In this document: piece by piece, positions 23,729 through 32,300 of the stretch
Layout: each line of letters opens with the position of its first letter
Numbering within the stretch: position 1 is the stretch's first letter
Virus record (IMG/VR): IMGVR_UViG_3300032335_001171
Span: 1-38,628 of that record
From: a virus
Lineage: Duplodnaviria > Caudoviricetes
Direction: 5' to 3' (one strand)
Length of the DNA stretch: 38,628 nucleotides
Translations under genes and position numbers: made by a program
Notes under the pieces: model-generated
The model's database searches: none
What the model saw: the letters and a program-made list of their open reading frames with translations, nothing else
Told to the model about the DNA's origin: nothing

Positions 23729-24160
23729 ATGAGTGCTGAAAAATTATATTCTGAAATATTTGAAGAATATCAAACACTAACCGACAAAAAAGACCAAATT
23801 GATTTATTAAGAAAACACGACCACAAAAGGTTTCGTGATTTTCTACAATTTGCTTTTGATAAAAATATCAAGTTTGATGTTGAGATTCCTGAATATAGAC
23901 CAGCTATTGAACCCGCTGGCTTAAACTTCACCTATTTGGACCTTGAAATGGGTAAGATGTATCGTTTTATTGTAGGACATCCAAATAGACCTCCAGAATT
24001 AACACCAGAAAAACAACAGAAATTATTACTTGTTGTTTTAGAATCACTTCACAAAGATGAAGCTGAATTACTGGTAAATCTATTGAAGAAAGATTTGGGC
24101 ATACCATCGCTCACAAAGAAACTTGTTTCAGAAGCATTTCCTAATTTAGATTTAGGTTAA
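23729..24160 (+). CDS. conserved T4-like protein downstream of rnh
   Basis: EIF...K...L, FD.NI.F, LESLH.DEAELL, LT..LV.EAFP. Confidence 0.75.
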   Translation: MSAEKLYSEIFEEYQTLTDKKDQIDLLRKHDHKRFRDFLQFAFDKNIKFDVEIPEYRPAIEPAGLNFTYLDLEMGKMYRFIVGHPNRPPELTPEKQQKLLLVVLESLHKDEAELLVNLLKKDLGIPSLTKKLVSEAFPNLDLG

Positions 24161-24161
24161 T

Positions 24162-24911
24162 ATGAAAGTAGCTGTTGTTATCCCAACAATTGGTGCTCAA
24201 CATTTAGAACAATGTATTGATAGTGTATTAAATCAAACACACAAAGATACGGTTATCTATTTGTTTAAAGATGGATTGGATGTTAAGATACCATCTTTTG
24301 TAAATAACATACCAAACATTAAACAAATACACCTAGATGAAAATGTAGGTAAAGGTTGGTATGGCCATCGTGTTTATGCAGCTTGTTCCTTTTTAGTTAA
24401 TGCTGATATTATATGTTATCTTGATGAAGATAATTTTTATGAGCCAGAACATGTTCAAAATTTAGTAGAGACCATTTCAAAAGGAAATAGTTGGGCATAT
24501 TCATTAAGAAATATTGTGGATAAGAATGGTGAATTTAGTTGCACCGATGATTGTGAATCTCTTGGTAAATGGCCCGTTTATTTTAACAATCAAGTATTTC
24601 ATATTGACACTTCTTGCTTTGCTGTTCGCCGTGATGTTGCTGTTCAAATTGGACACGCATGGTATGGCCAATGGGGCGCTGACCGCCAATTCTTTAGTGC
24701 GATAAAAAAACATTACCCTAAATTTGATTGCACAAATGCTTATACAGTAAATTATAGGCTTGATGGTAATGAAAATTCAGTCACAAACGATTTCTTTGAA
24801 CAAGGTAACAAAGAAACTCGCGCTAAATATGGTGATAATTATCCTTGGCTAGATAAAAGAGAATCGGTTCAAGTAGCTCCCGGCGTTTCAATTATTATGA
24901 AAGAAGCTTAA
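24162..24911 (+). CDS. glycosyltransferase family 2
   Basis: VAVVIPT, L.QCIDSVLNQT, YLDEDN (DxD). Confidence 0.85.
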   Translation: MKVAVVIPTIGAQHLEQCIDSVLNQTHKDTVIYLFKDGLDVKIPSFVNNIPNIKQIHLDENVGKGWYGHRVYAACSFLVNADIICYLDEDNFYEPEHVQNLVETISKGNSWAYSLRNIVDKNGEFSCTDDCESLGKWPVYFNNQVFHIDTSCFAVRRDVAVQIGHAWYGQWGADRQFFSAIKKHYPKFDCTNAYTVNYRLDGNENSVTNDFFEQGNKETRAKYGDNYPWLDKRESVQVAPGVSIIMKEA

Positions 24912-25847
24912 ATGAAAACAGTTTTAATTACAGGTGCGGCTGGATATCTCGGTTCACATTTAGCAAAAACATTCAAACAGGCTGGGTGGAAAGTTGTTGG
25001 ATTTGGCCACAAACGTCACACCATGAATCAGTATATTGATGTTATGCACTATGGCGATATTCGTGACCGTGAGTTATTAGAATCATTATTTCAACATATC
25101 AAATTTGATTTGGTTGTTCACACAGCCGCAAGAATTGAAGCTGGCATTTCAGTTAATGAACCCACAGAATTTTATGATGTAAATGTTGGCGGTACAACAA
25201 ACTTATTAAATGTAATGACACACCATGATGTTAAACATATTATATTTTGTTCAACAGCTGCCGTGTATAAAACACAAGACAGACCAATTACCGAAGATGA
25301 TGAGATTGCAAACAATTCGCCTTATGGGTTTAGTAAATACTTGGCTGAAGAAGCTGTTAAAGCTTCAAAACTTAATTATGTTATTTTCCGTTTCTTTAAT
25401 TTGACCGGTGCGGATCCAGAAGGTGAATTTGGAGAAGCTCATGAACCAGAAACACATTTGATTCCAAAATTAATTTTAGACATGGATCATATTAAGGTTA
25501 ATGGAACAGATTATGACACAAAAGATGGCACCTGTGTGCGTGACTATGTTCATGTTACTGATATTGCCGAGGCTCATCTCAATGCGGTTGAATATTTGGC
25601 CAAAGGCGGTAAATCAGATATATTTAATCTAGGAACCGGACAAGGGCATACCATTTTAGAAATTATTAAAGAACTTGAATTGGTTGCGAATAGAAAAATT
25701 AAATATGAATCAACCCCTAGGCGGGAAGGTGATGCTACAAGTTTAGTTGCAGACACCAAAAAAGCTACTATTGTTTTAAAATATACACCAAAATATGATA
25801 TAACCTCAATTCTAAACACAGCATATGAATGGCACAAACATGGTTAA
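24912..25847 (+). CDS. galE: UDP-glucose 4-epimerase
   Basis: TGAAGYLGSH, STAAVY, PYGFSK (YxxxK), RFFN..GA, HEPETHLIP, DGTCVRDYVHV.D, RREGD. Confidence 0.9.
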   Translation: MKTVLITGAAGYLGSHLAKTFKQAGWKVVGFGHKRHTMNQYIDVMHYGDIRDRELLESLFQHIKFDLVVHTAARIEAGISVNEPTEFYDVNVGGTTNLLNVMTHHDVKHIIFCSTAAVYKTQDRPITEDDEIANNSPYGFSKYLAEEAVKASKLNYVIFRFFNLTGADPEGEFGEAHEPETHLIPKLILDMDHIKVNGTDYDTKDGTCVRDYVHVTDIAEAHLNAVEYLAKGGKSDIFNLGTGQGHTILEIIKELELVANRKIKYESTPRREGDATSLVADTKKATIVLKYTPKYDITSILNTAYEWHKHG

Positions 25848-26412
25848 AAGAGTAAATCCAATTAATATTGAAGAAAAGATAGATTCTGGACTATTACAGA
25901 ATAGCACAAACTTTTTATTTGGAGAAATTGATACCGAAAGTGTTCACAAAATCATTAAATGGATTGTTTACGAAAACACTCTTAGCTTAAAAACACCATT
26001 GACACTTTATATTAATTCACATGGTGGTTCGCTACTTGATGCCTTTGCTCTGATTGAAGTGATGAAGAAATCTAAACGAAAGATTAGAACTGTTGGTATA
26101 GGTTCGATTATGTCGGCTGCATTTGTAATTTTTGTATCAGGTAGCAAAGGTGAAAGATATATCTCAAAGACATCGAGCAATTTGTGTCATCAATTATCAA
26201 CCGAAATTGAAGGCAAACACCATGACATTAATAGTTACTATAAAGAAACCGAAAATAGTAATCAAAAAATGGTAGAACTATTATCGCAGGCCTGTGAACT
26301 TGACAAAAATGAGATTAAGAAATTACTATTACCACCAACCGATGTTTGGTTGTTGGCCAATGAAATGATTCAATTTAAACTAGCTGACAAATTTTTTGAG
26401 GACTTAAAATGA
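25840..26412 (+). CDS. clpP: ClpP-family serine protease subunit
   Basis: LFGEID, LYINSHGG, G..MSAA (Ser), HQ (His), D.WL...E....LAD; divergent. Confidence 0.8.
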   Translation: MVKRVNPINIEEKIDSGLLQNSTNFLFGEIDTESVHKIIKWIVYENTLSLKTPLTLYINSHGGSLLDAFALIEVMKKSKRKIRTVGIGSIMSAAFVIFVSGSKGERYISKTSSNLCHQLSTEIEGKHHDINSYYKETENSNQKMVELLSQACELDKNEIKKLLLPPTDVWLLANEMIQFKLADKFFEDLK

Positions 26413-26576
26413 CATACCAAGCAGACCTAAAGAGAAAGATTGCTGAACTTGAAGCCAAGATTACAATCGCTGAGGTTGATAAATCCGAACTGGAAGAAGA
26501 GCTCCGCCGCCTGAAAATTGCAGAATTTGAAGAAGATTTGCAAGAAGAAGGCAGGCAATCCTTACTTAAAGGATAA
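26409..26576 (+). CDS. 55-aa coiled-coil protein (MTYQADLKRKIAELEAKI...QSLLKG)
   Basis: Read manually; GAGGA SD; ATGA overlap with clpP. Confidence 0.65.
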   Translation: MTYQADLKRKIAELEAKITIAEVDKSELEEELRRLKIAEFEEDLQEEGRQSLLKG

Positions 26577-26586
26577 TACCCTTTAA

Positions 26587-26635
26587 AATCAAGAGCTTAA
26601 AAGCCCTTGACAAAATGACATTTTTGTGTTAGCAT
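26587..26635 (+). promoter_or_regulatory. IHF-consensus site plus sigma70 promoter
   Basis: AATCAAGAGCTTA (26587-26599, WATCAANNNNTTR); TTGACA (26607-26612), 17 nt, TAGCAT (26630-26635). Confidence 0.7.
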
Positions 26636-26641
26636 GGACAC

Positions 26642-27010
26642 ATGATAAAAATGCCAAGTATTAATTCAGTAGTAGAGGTAACAACCCGTTACCGAACCAA
26701 TATGTTTTTTGCCGATAAAAGAGGCTATCAAACATTCACAAAAATGGGTAAGGTCATAGCTGCACCTAAAGGTGCTTCAGCTGACAGTTTTGCCCTCCAA
26801 CATGATTACCTATCCGTGATTAACCTCGGCAAGGTAATCGATATCAAATTCCTATCAGGTGATTCCGTTGACATCCAATCTTATATCGTAAAAGGTAAAG
26901 GTGGTCAATATCAAGTTATCCGTAACGGCCAAGAGTATTCCTGTACCTGTATAGGATTCAAATACCATTCAAAATGCAAGCACATCACCGAAATAAAAGA
27001 ATCCCTTTAA
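26642..27010 (+). CDS. SWIM zinc-finger protein
   Basis: C-terminal YSCTC.GF.....CKHI. Confidence 0.8.
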   Translation: MIKMPSINSVVEVTTRYRTNMFFADKRGYQTFTKMGKVIAAPKGASADSFALQHDYLSVINLGKVIDIKFLSGDSVDIQSYIVKGKGGQYQVIRNGQEYSCTCIGFKYHSKCKHITEIKESL

Positions 27011-27088
27011 AATCAATGACTTAGCGCTAAGCTCTTGATTTATAACGAAAAAATAGCTCTTGACTTTATGGCAAACCTGTGATATAAT
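27011..27088 (+). promoter_or_regulatory. inverted pair of IHF-consensus sites plus strong sigma70 promoter
   Basis: AATCAATGACTTA (27011-27023) GCGC TAAGCTCTTGATT (27028-27040); TTGACT (27060-27065), 17 nt, TATAAT (27083-27088). Confidence 0.8.
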
Positions 27089-27115
27089 GGTTGTATAAAT
27101 TGAGAAGGAAAGATT

Positions 27116-27310
27116 ATGTTATTATTAAACAAAAAAGTTAAGCAACCAATACCAGTCACAAAATTTGAGATTTTGGACATTATTGGCACTATCAAAAATC
27201 TACCTCCCGATAATTATGAGTTTTTTATTGGCGCTTTGGTCAATGATTATCCAGAGCTTGCCGATAATTTACAATTTGCAATTAATTCAACATTCCAGGA
27301 GAAAAAATAA
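27116..27310 (+). CDS. hypothetical protein
   Basis: 64-aa ORF; AAGGA SD; first gene after the promoter. Confidence 0.7.
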   Translation: MLLLNKKVKQPIPVTKFEILDIIGTIKNLPPDNYEFFIGALVNDYPELADNLQFAINSTFQEKK

Positions 27311-27468
27311 TGATTAGATTTATTTTTGGTTTTTTTCTTATTTTTGGTGTGGTTGGTGGTATTGAAAACACCGAAAATATGACACCCGAAAAATCTATTA
27401 TATTTGCATTAGCTACAATTTTAGCGCTAATAAGCATGTATTATGGATCTAAAAAATTGAGTAAATAA
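27310..27468 (+). CDS. 52-aa two-TM membrane protein (MIRFIFGFFLIFGVVGGIE...)
   Basis: Read manually; TAATG coupling; AGGAG SD. Confidence 0.65.
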   Translation: MIRFIFGFFLIFGVVGGIENTENMTPEKSIIFALATILALISMYYGSKKLSK

Positions 27469-27471
27469 TAA

Positions 27472-27810
27472 TTGATTATCTATACCAATCAATCTTCCAA
27501 GAAGAAGAAACGGAAACCTAACGCCAAGCAACGAGCCCAACAGGCATCTTGGCAAGCTCTCCTTGATAGATGGGACATCAAACCGGTTGACATGAAGAAG
27601 TCCAAGACCGTTGTGATTAAAGACACTCCATATCGCAGGGAAACGCTCCAATACCCGTCCCTTAATTCGGATAAAGGCAACACCTTTAAACCTAAAGACA
27701 AGGTTTATACAGGTACAGCTGTGCTCGGGATAGGTACTCTCCACAAGTCCAATGCGGTTCCAGTATTCAGTAAGGAAGACGCTGAGGATCAAGCAAAGAT
27801 GAGAAGATAA
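27472..27810 (+). CDS. conserved basic T4-like hypothetical protein
   Basis: YTG....GIGTLHKSNAVPVF motif; TTG start. Confidence 0.75.
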   Translation: MIIYTNQSSKKKKRKPNAKQRAQQASWQALLDRWDIKPVDMKKSKTVVIKDTPYRRETLQYPSLNSDKGNTFKPKDKVYTGTAVLGIGTLHKSNAVPVFSKEDAEDQAKMRR

Positions 27811-27822
27811 AATGCCCTTAAT

Positions 27823-27923
27823 AATCAAGAGCTTAGCAAAGCCCTTTAAAATCAAGAGCTTAGCGAAAAAGTGCTAAAATAGTGAAAATAATGCTTGACT
27901 TTTCGGCAAACCTGTGATATAAT
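27823..27923 (+). promoter_or_regulatory. tandem IHF-consensus sites plus strong sigma70 promoter
   Basis: AATCAAGAGCTTA at 27823-27835 and 27850-27862 (27-bp period); TTGACT (27895-27900), 17 nt, TATAAT (27918-27923). Confidence 0.8.
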
Positions 27924-27956
27924 GGTTACATAGAATTGAAAAGGACACAAAATATT

Positions 27957-28706
27957 ATGAAATTATTATCAACAGGCAATCCAAAAATCTTAAAAGGTAT
28001 AAAAGAAGGTTATAACACTTATATTTTACACCTTGCACCAGCTGATTTATCAGGTTATAATACATGCCCAAAAGCTACTGTCGGTTGTAAGGCTGCTTGC
28101 CTTAATACCGCTGGTCGTGGTGGCATGTTTAAAAAAGGTGAAAATACCAATATGATTCAACAGGCTCGTATTCGAAAGACAAAAATGTTTTTTGAAAATC
28201 GTACCGAATTTATGAACCAATTGGTTAAAGACATTGAATTGGCTATCAAGCAATCTGCTAAAAAAGACTTGATTCCAGTATTCCGTTTAAATGGTACCTC
28301 TGATTTAAGTTTTGAAAAGTATGAGGTTGTCCGTAAAGGTGTTTTATATCGCAATATTTTTGCTGCCTTTCCAGAAACCCAATTTTATGACTACACCAAG
28401 GTGCTTGGTCGTAAGGTGACTGAAATTAAGAATTATCAATTAACCTTTTCAGCTGCTGATGGAAACGATAATGATGTTACCAAAGCTATTAAAGAAGGTT
28501 ACAATATCGCTACAGTTTTTGGTCTTAAAAAGACTGAACCGATGCCTGCCGATTATCTTGGTAGACCAGTTTTTAATGGCGATGAATCAGATTTGCGCTT
28601 CTTGGATCCAAAAGGTGTTATCGTTGGTTTATATGCCAAAGGTAGAGCTAAAAAAGATACAAGTGGTTTTGTGAAATATCCAGTTTTTATGTTAAAAGCT
28701 GCTTAA
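27957..28706 (+). CDS. GP88-family phage protein (Cys-cluster protein)
   Basis: N.K..K, NTCP.AT.GC.AACL, RLNGTSD, FYDYTK, GD.SDLRFLD...VGL.AKG. Confidence 0.75.
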   Translation: MKLLSTGNPKILKGIKEGYNTYILHLAPADLSGYNTCPKATVGCKAACLNTAGRGGMFKKGENTNMIQQARIRKTKMFFENRTEFMNQLVKDIELAIKQSAKKDLIPVFRLNGTSDLSFEKYEVVRKGVLYRNIFAAFPETQFYDYTKVLGRKVTEIKNYQLTFSAADGNDNDVTKAIKEGYNIATVFGLKKTEPMPADYLGRPVFNGDESDLRFLDPKGVIVGLYAKGRAKKDTSGFVKYPVFMLKAA

Positions 28707-28724
28707 GAAAAGGAGTATTATATT

Positions 28725-29114
28725 ATGGGAACACGAAGTTTAACCTATGTGTATGGCGGTGACCGAGAGACCAAACCGCTTGTGTGTATGTATCGCCAAT
28801 TTGATGGCTATCCATCAGGTCATGGCCAAGAACTTATTGACTTTTTGAAGCCAATTAGATTGGTAAATGGTTTAGGTGTTAATGAGAAATCAAAAGTAGC
28901 GAATGGTATGGGTTGCCTTGCAGCTCAATTAATCGCTAACTTTAAAACCGAACCTGGCCAATTTTACTTATATGAACCAGATTTGGAACAAGATTCTGGA
29001 CAAGAGTATGAGTACCATATTTTTAACCATGGAATTGATGTGAAAGATTATTATGGCAAAACCATATTTTCGGGCGACTATGAAGAATTCGATAGTTTCT
29101 GTAAAGAAGAATAG
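28725..29114 (+). CDS. conserved phage hypothetical protein (MGTRS...YRQFDGYPSGHG)
   Basis: AAGGAG SD; familiar N-terminal phage motif. Confidence 0.8.
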   Translation: MGTRSLTYVYGGDRETKPLVCMYRQFDGYPSGHGQELIDFLKPIRLVNGLGVNEKSKVANGMGCLAAQLIANFKTEPGQFYLYEPDLEQDSGQEYEYHIFNHGIDVKDYYGKTIFSGDYEEFDSFCKEE

Positions 29115-29136
29115 CGGCAAACTTGGCAATCCGCTC

Positions 29137-29165
29137 TTGACAAATTTGCCAAACTGTGTTATAAT
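29137..29165 (+). promoter_or_regulatory. consensus sigma70 promoter
   Basis: TTGACA (29137-29142), 17 nt, TATAAT (29160-29165), with extended TG. Confidence 0.9.
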
Positions 29166-29198
29166 GGACATTCAATAATAAAAAAGGAGTTTTATATT

Positions 29199-29612
29199 AT
29201 GAGTAAAGCAACAAAAACAAAAACAATGAAATTGAAGCCGTTTCAAAAGCTTCTAACCCTTATGATTTCTGGTAAGCCAGTTACGGTTGATGAAATTGAT
29301 ACCTTGCTTGGCAAAGAAATTTACATGTACCGTCTTTCAACCTATATTTGGCACATTAAAACTGTAGCTAATGGTGTTGTTAAGGCAATCAAAACAGGTC
29401 GAAAAGTGACAGCCTATCAGGTTATGAATGTCGACCAAGTTAAAGAGTATATGACACGAGTTGGTGTTACTGGCTCTGGCTTTACACCAGGCGCTATTGT
29501 TAAAAAACAATCAATCTCTAAACTGGCTGATTTAAATGCAGTTGCTGAGGTGATTGTGAAAGCAAAAGAACCTGAAGTAATTTCTAATCAACCCGTAGCT
29601 AAAGCTGCTTAA
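29199..29612 (+). CDS. hypothetical protein, possibly winged-helix DNA-binding
   Basis: AAGGAG SD; L..L.SG.PVT.DEI...L...RLSTYIW.I followed by a beta-hairpin-like GRKV.AY. Confidence 0.7.
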   Translation: MSKATKTKTMKLKPFQKLLTLMISGKPVTVDEIDTLLGKEIYMYRLSTYIWHIKTVANGVVKAIKTGRKVTAYQVMNVDQVKEYMTRVGVTGSGFTPGAIVKKQSISKLADLNAVAEVIVKAKEPEVISNQPVAKAA

Positions 29613-29625
29613 TTAGGAGAATATA

Positions 29626-29898
29626 ATGGCTAAAATACTTTCAAAATGGCAAATGACTAATGATGTTTATAAATCATTTTTAACCTCACCAAAATACGGC
29701 CGTAAATCTAGTGGTTTACGAGCTGCAATTCGGGAAGAGTTTGATAATGCTCCATTTAGGATGCAGATTCAAGTTGAATTAAAAAAGACAGAAAAATTAA
29801 CAGGTTTTTCTGGACTACCATATAAGGTTTTATTTAGAACTAAAAAACAATTACCTAATGGTAATAAAGTTATTCAGTTTGTAAAAGCGCCTTTATAA
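29626..29898 (+). CDS. basic hypothetical protein
   Basis: AGGAG SD; 90 aa. Confidence 0.7.
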   Translation: MAKILSKWQMTNDVYKSFLTSPKYGRKSSGLRAAIREEFDNAPFRMQIQVELKKTEKLTGFSGLPYKVLFRTKKQLPNGNKVIQFVKAPL

Positions 29899-29903
29899 GT
29901 TAG

Positions 29904-29981
29904 ACCATAGGGAACTTAGCCCGAGCCGAGATATCGGTAATGGGCTAGTTTTAAATACCCGTAATGGTGCCCTACCCCTAT
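29904..29981 (+). ncRNA. candidate structured intergenic RNA element
   Basis: Nested stems ACCAT/ATGGT, GGG/CCC, AAC-TAGCCC/GGGCTAGTT, GCCGA/TCGGT; GC-rich relative to flanks. Confidence 0.45.
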
Positions 29982-29985
29982 TTTT

Positions 29986-30552
29986 ATGAATATATTTTAT
30001 TTACATAACGACCCTAAACAATGTGCTCAAGAACACCTTGATAAGCATGTTGTTAAAATGATTATTGAGTATGCTCAATTGATGTCAACCGCTCATCGTG
30101 TGCTTGACGGTCAAAGTTATATAGATAAAACGGTTAACAACCGAAATATTAAACGATGGCGTCTTGATGATGCCAATCGTGAAACAAGATTGATGAAGGC
30201 CTCTCATATGAACCACCCAAGTGGTATATGGGTTCGTGCCAATCAAAAGAACTACATGTGGCTGTTTGAAATGTGGTCGTATCTCCTAGAAGAATACACT
30301 TTTCGTTATGGCAAACAGCACGCATGTAGCCGATTAATGGACATATTGAATTCACCACCAAATAATATAACGAGTGGTGAATTTTATCCTCCAACACCGG
30401 CTATGCCAGATGAATGTAAGATTGCCAATGATTCGTTAGCATCTTACCATAAATATTATGTTGAAAGAAAGAGCCATTTCGCAAAATGGACTAAACGAGA
30501 TATACCTATATGGTATAAAAATGGATTAAATAATGCCAACCTATATTTTTAG
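29986..30552 (+). CDS. pyrimidine-dimer DNA glycosylase (DenV-related family)-like protein
   Basis: MNIFYL..DP..CA..H.DKHVVKMI.EYAQL.STAH, H.NHPS..W, EY..RYGK.H, P.AMPD. Confidence 0.75.
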   Translation: MNIFYLHNDPKQCAQEHLDKHVVKMIIEYAQLMSTAHRVLDGQSYIDKTVNNRNIKRWRLDDANRETRLMKASHMNHPSGIWVRANQKNYMWLFEMWSYLLEEYTFRYGKQHACSRLMDILNSPPNNITSGEFYPPTPAMPDECKIANDSLASYHKYYVERKSHFAKWTKRDIPIWYKNGLNNANLYF

Positions 30553-30856
30553 TGATACGAATACTGGAGAAATACATGAAAGGTTTATGAGTATGGCTGC
30601 TCGTGAGGATTATCTTAAAGAAAATCCACACATGGTCACCATCATTCAAGCACCTATGATAGTATCAGGAGTTTCTACTTCTAATGCTAGACAAAATAAA
30701 GTACCTGATGGTTTTAAAGAAGTGTTATCTAAAGTTGCTGAAGCTCACCCTACGAGTGCAATCGCTGAAAAACACGGCAGAAAATCTATTAAAGATGTAA
30801 AGACAAGAGAAATCGTCAAGAAGCATGTTGACAAAATAACAAAAGGAACCAAATGA
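30533..30856 (+). CDS. conserved T4-like small protein (MPTY.F.D..TGE..E.FMS)
   Basis: N-terminal motif and GFKEVLSKV..AHP. Confidence 0.75.
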   Translation: MPTYIFSDTNTGEIHERFMSMAAREDYLKENPHMVTIIQAPMIVSGVSTSNARQNKVPDGFKEVLSKVAEAHPTSAIAEKHGRKSIKDVKTREIVKKHVDKITKGTK

Positions 30857-31410
30857 AAAAATCTCTATTATTAATTGCTTTATTATCAGCATGGAATGTT
30901 CAAGCTGCAGATAAACAAAATGTAGCACATATTCAATTAGTCCATCGTAATACTGTTGGTGATAATGCAAATGATCCTAACCGTAACGGTTTTAGTATCA
31001 CTCAGGCTCATAAACTAGCAAACAATTTTAGTTTAGATGTGGCGGCTCAATATCGTGAACAAAATGGTAGCGATAAAAATACGACAACAAGGATTGAATT
31101 TGGTGCTACACCTCACAATGATTTCTTTTATATAAGAACAGCGTTAGGTATTAAATCTAATGATGATAGTCATCTCTATTATTCTTTAGAACCAGGATTA
31201 AAGTGGAAATTATCTGACAAGGTAATAGTCAAAACTGGATATCGTTATCGTGACGCTTTTAGTAGCGATAAAAATGATATGACACACACCGCTCGTATCG
31301 GTGCAGAATACGCTTTAACAGATACACAAAGCATCACAGCAGGCTATGACCGCTCATTTGGTGATAGCGAATTTAATGGACTTTCAGCGGGTTACGCTAT
31401 TAAGTTTTAA
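30853..31410 (+). CDS. outer-membrane beta-barrel protein (KdgM-like porin architecture)
   Basis: Signal peptide MKKSLLLIALLSAWNVQA; alternating strands (YYSLEPGLKWKL, TGYRYRDAF, RIGAEYAL, ITAGYDR); C-terminal GYAIKF beta-signal. Confidence 0.75.
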   Translation: MKKSLLLIALLSAWNVQAADKQNVAHIQLVHRNTVGDNANDPNRNGFSITQAHKLANNFSLDVAAQYREQNGSDKNTTTRIEFGATPHNDFFYIRTALGIKSNDDSHLYYSLEPGLKWKLSDKVIVKTGYRYRDAFSSDKNDMTHTARIGAEYALTDTQSITAGYDRSFGDSEFNGLSAGYAIKF

Positions 31411-31428
31411 TTTTTAGAAAGTTATATT

Positions 31429-32112
31429 ATGTTTAATTATGTGAAGCTACCTGAGCTGGATTTCGAGCTCAAATCAGAAACAACAAATAAGGGCAGAACC
31501 TATATTACGCCTAATGGAGATGTTTATCCATCCGTAACAACGGTTCTATCGCCTTATTCAAAAGAGGCTATTCTTTCATGGCGTAAAAGAGTTGGTGAAG
31601 AAGTAGCTAATAAAATATCCACACAAGCATCAACCCGTGGCACCAAACTACATTCGGTTTGTGAAGCTTATTTGCTTGATGAAATACCCAAAGAAAAAAT
31701 GCAAATGATTATGCCTGATACTAAAGAATTATTCTTTAAAATCAAATCTCATATTGACGAAAACATTGGCACAATATATTCAATCGAGCGTCCTTTATTT
31801 TCAGATAAATTAAAGATTGCTGGTAAGGCTGATTGTATTGCCGAATGGAATGGTGAACTATCGGTTATTGATTTCAAAACATCTTCAAAAGAAAAGAATG
31901 AGGATTGGATTCAAAACTATTTTATGCAAACAACAGCTTATGCTGAAATGTTTGAGGAGATGACCGGTAAGGTTATCAATCAAATTGTTTTGGTATTTGC
32001 CTTAGTTGAAGGTGGGTCACAAATTATCGTTAAACAAAAACACGATTATCTAAAACCATTGAATGAATATATTGATTTTTATTGGTCAGGCATTAATGAA
32101 GAATACGCTTGA
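31429..32112 (+). CDS. PD-(D/E)xK (Cas4-like) exonuclease of T4-like phages
   Basis: R.Y.TP.G..YPSVTTVL, WRKRVGEE, RGT..H, AG..DCIAE..G.LSVIDFKTS, YFMQ..AYA. Confidence 0.9.
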   Translation: MFNYVKLPELDFELKSETTNKGRTYITPNGDVYPSVTTVLSPYSKEAILSWRKRVGEEVANKISTQASTRGTKLHSVCEAYLLDEIPKEKMQMIMPDTKELFFKIKSHIDENIGTIYSIERPLFSDKLKIAGKADCIAEWNGELSVIDFKTSSKEKNEDWIQNYFMQTTAYAEMFEEMTGKVINQIVLVFALVEGGSQIIVKQKHDYLKPLNEYIDFYWSGINEEYA

Positions 32113-32137
32113 CATTATTGATTAATTCTGATAGGAT
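32109..32137 (+). promoter_or_regulatory. sigma70-type promoter
   Basis: TTGACA (32109-32114), 17 nt, TAGGAT (32132-32137), with extended TG. Confidence 0.6.
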
Positions 32138-32143
32138 TGCATC

Positions 32144-32299
32144 ATGGAAGCTTTAATGAAATTGAGTTTTTTAGGATTAGCCTTTTTGGGACTTATATTA
32201 TTTTTTTTAGGCGAAGTTATTGGTATGATTATTAAATATGTTGGTTTAATTTTAGCTATCATTTTTGCAATTGTGTTTTTGGTTATGGCGTGTTTCTAA
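32144..32299 (+). CDS. 51-aa hydrophobic two-TM peptide
   Basis: Read manually (MEALMKLSFLGLAFLGLILFFLGEVIGMIIKYVGLILAIIFAIVFLVMACF). Confidence 0.5.
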   Translation: MEALMKLSFLGLAFLGLILFFLGEVIGMIIKYVGLILAIIFAIVFLVMACF

Positions 32300-32300
32300 T

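Noticed and set aside
31429-32112. Cas4 as evidence for a CRISPR system
   Set aside because: This is the stand-alone exonuclease usual in T4-like phages; no cas1/cas2 or array is present.
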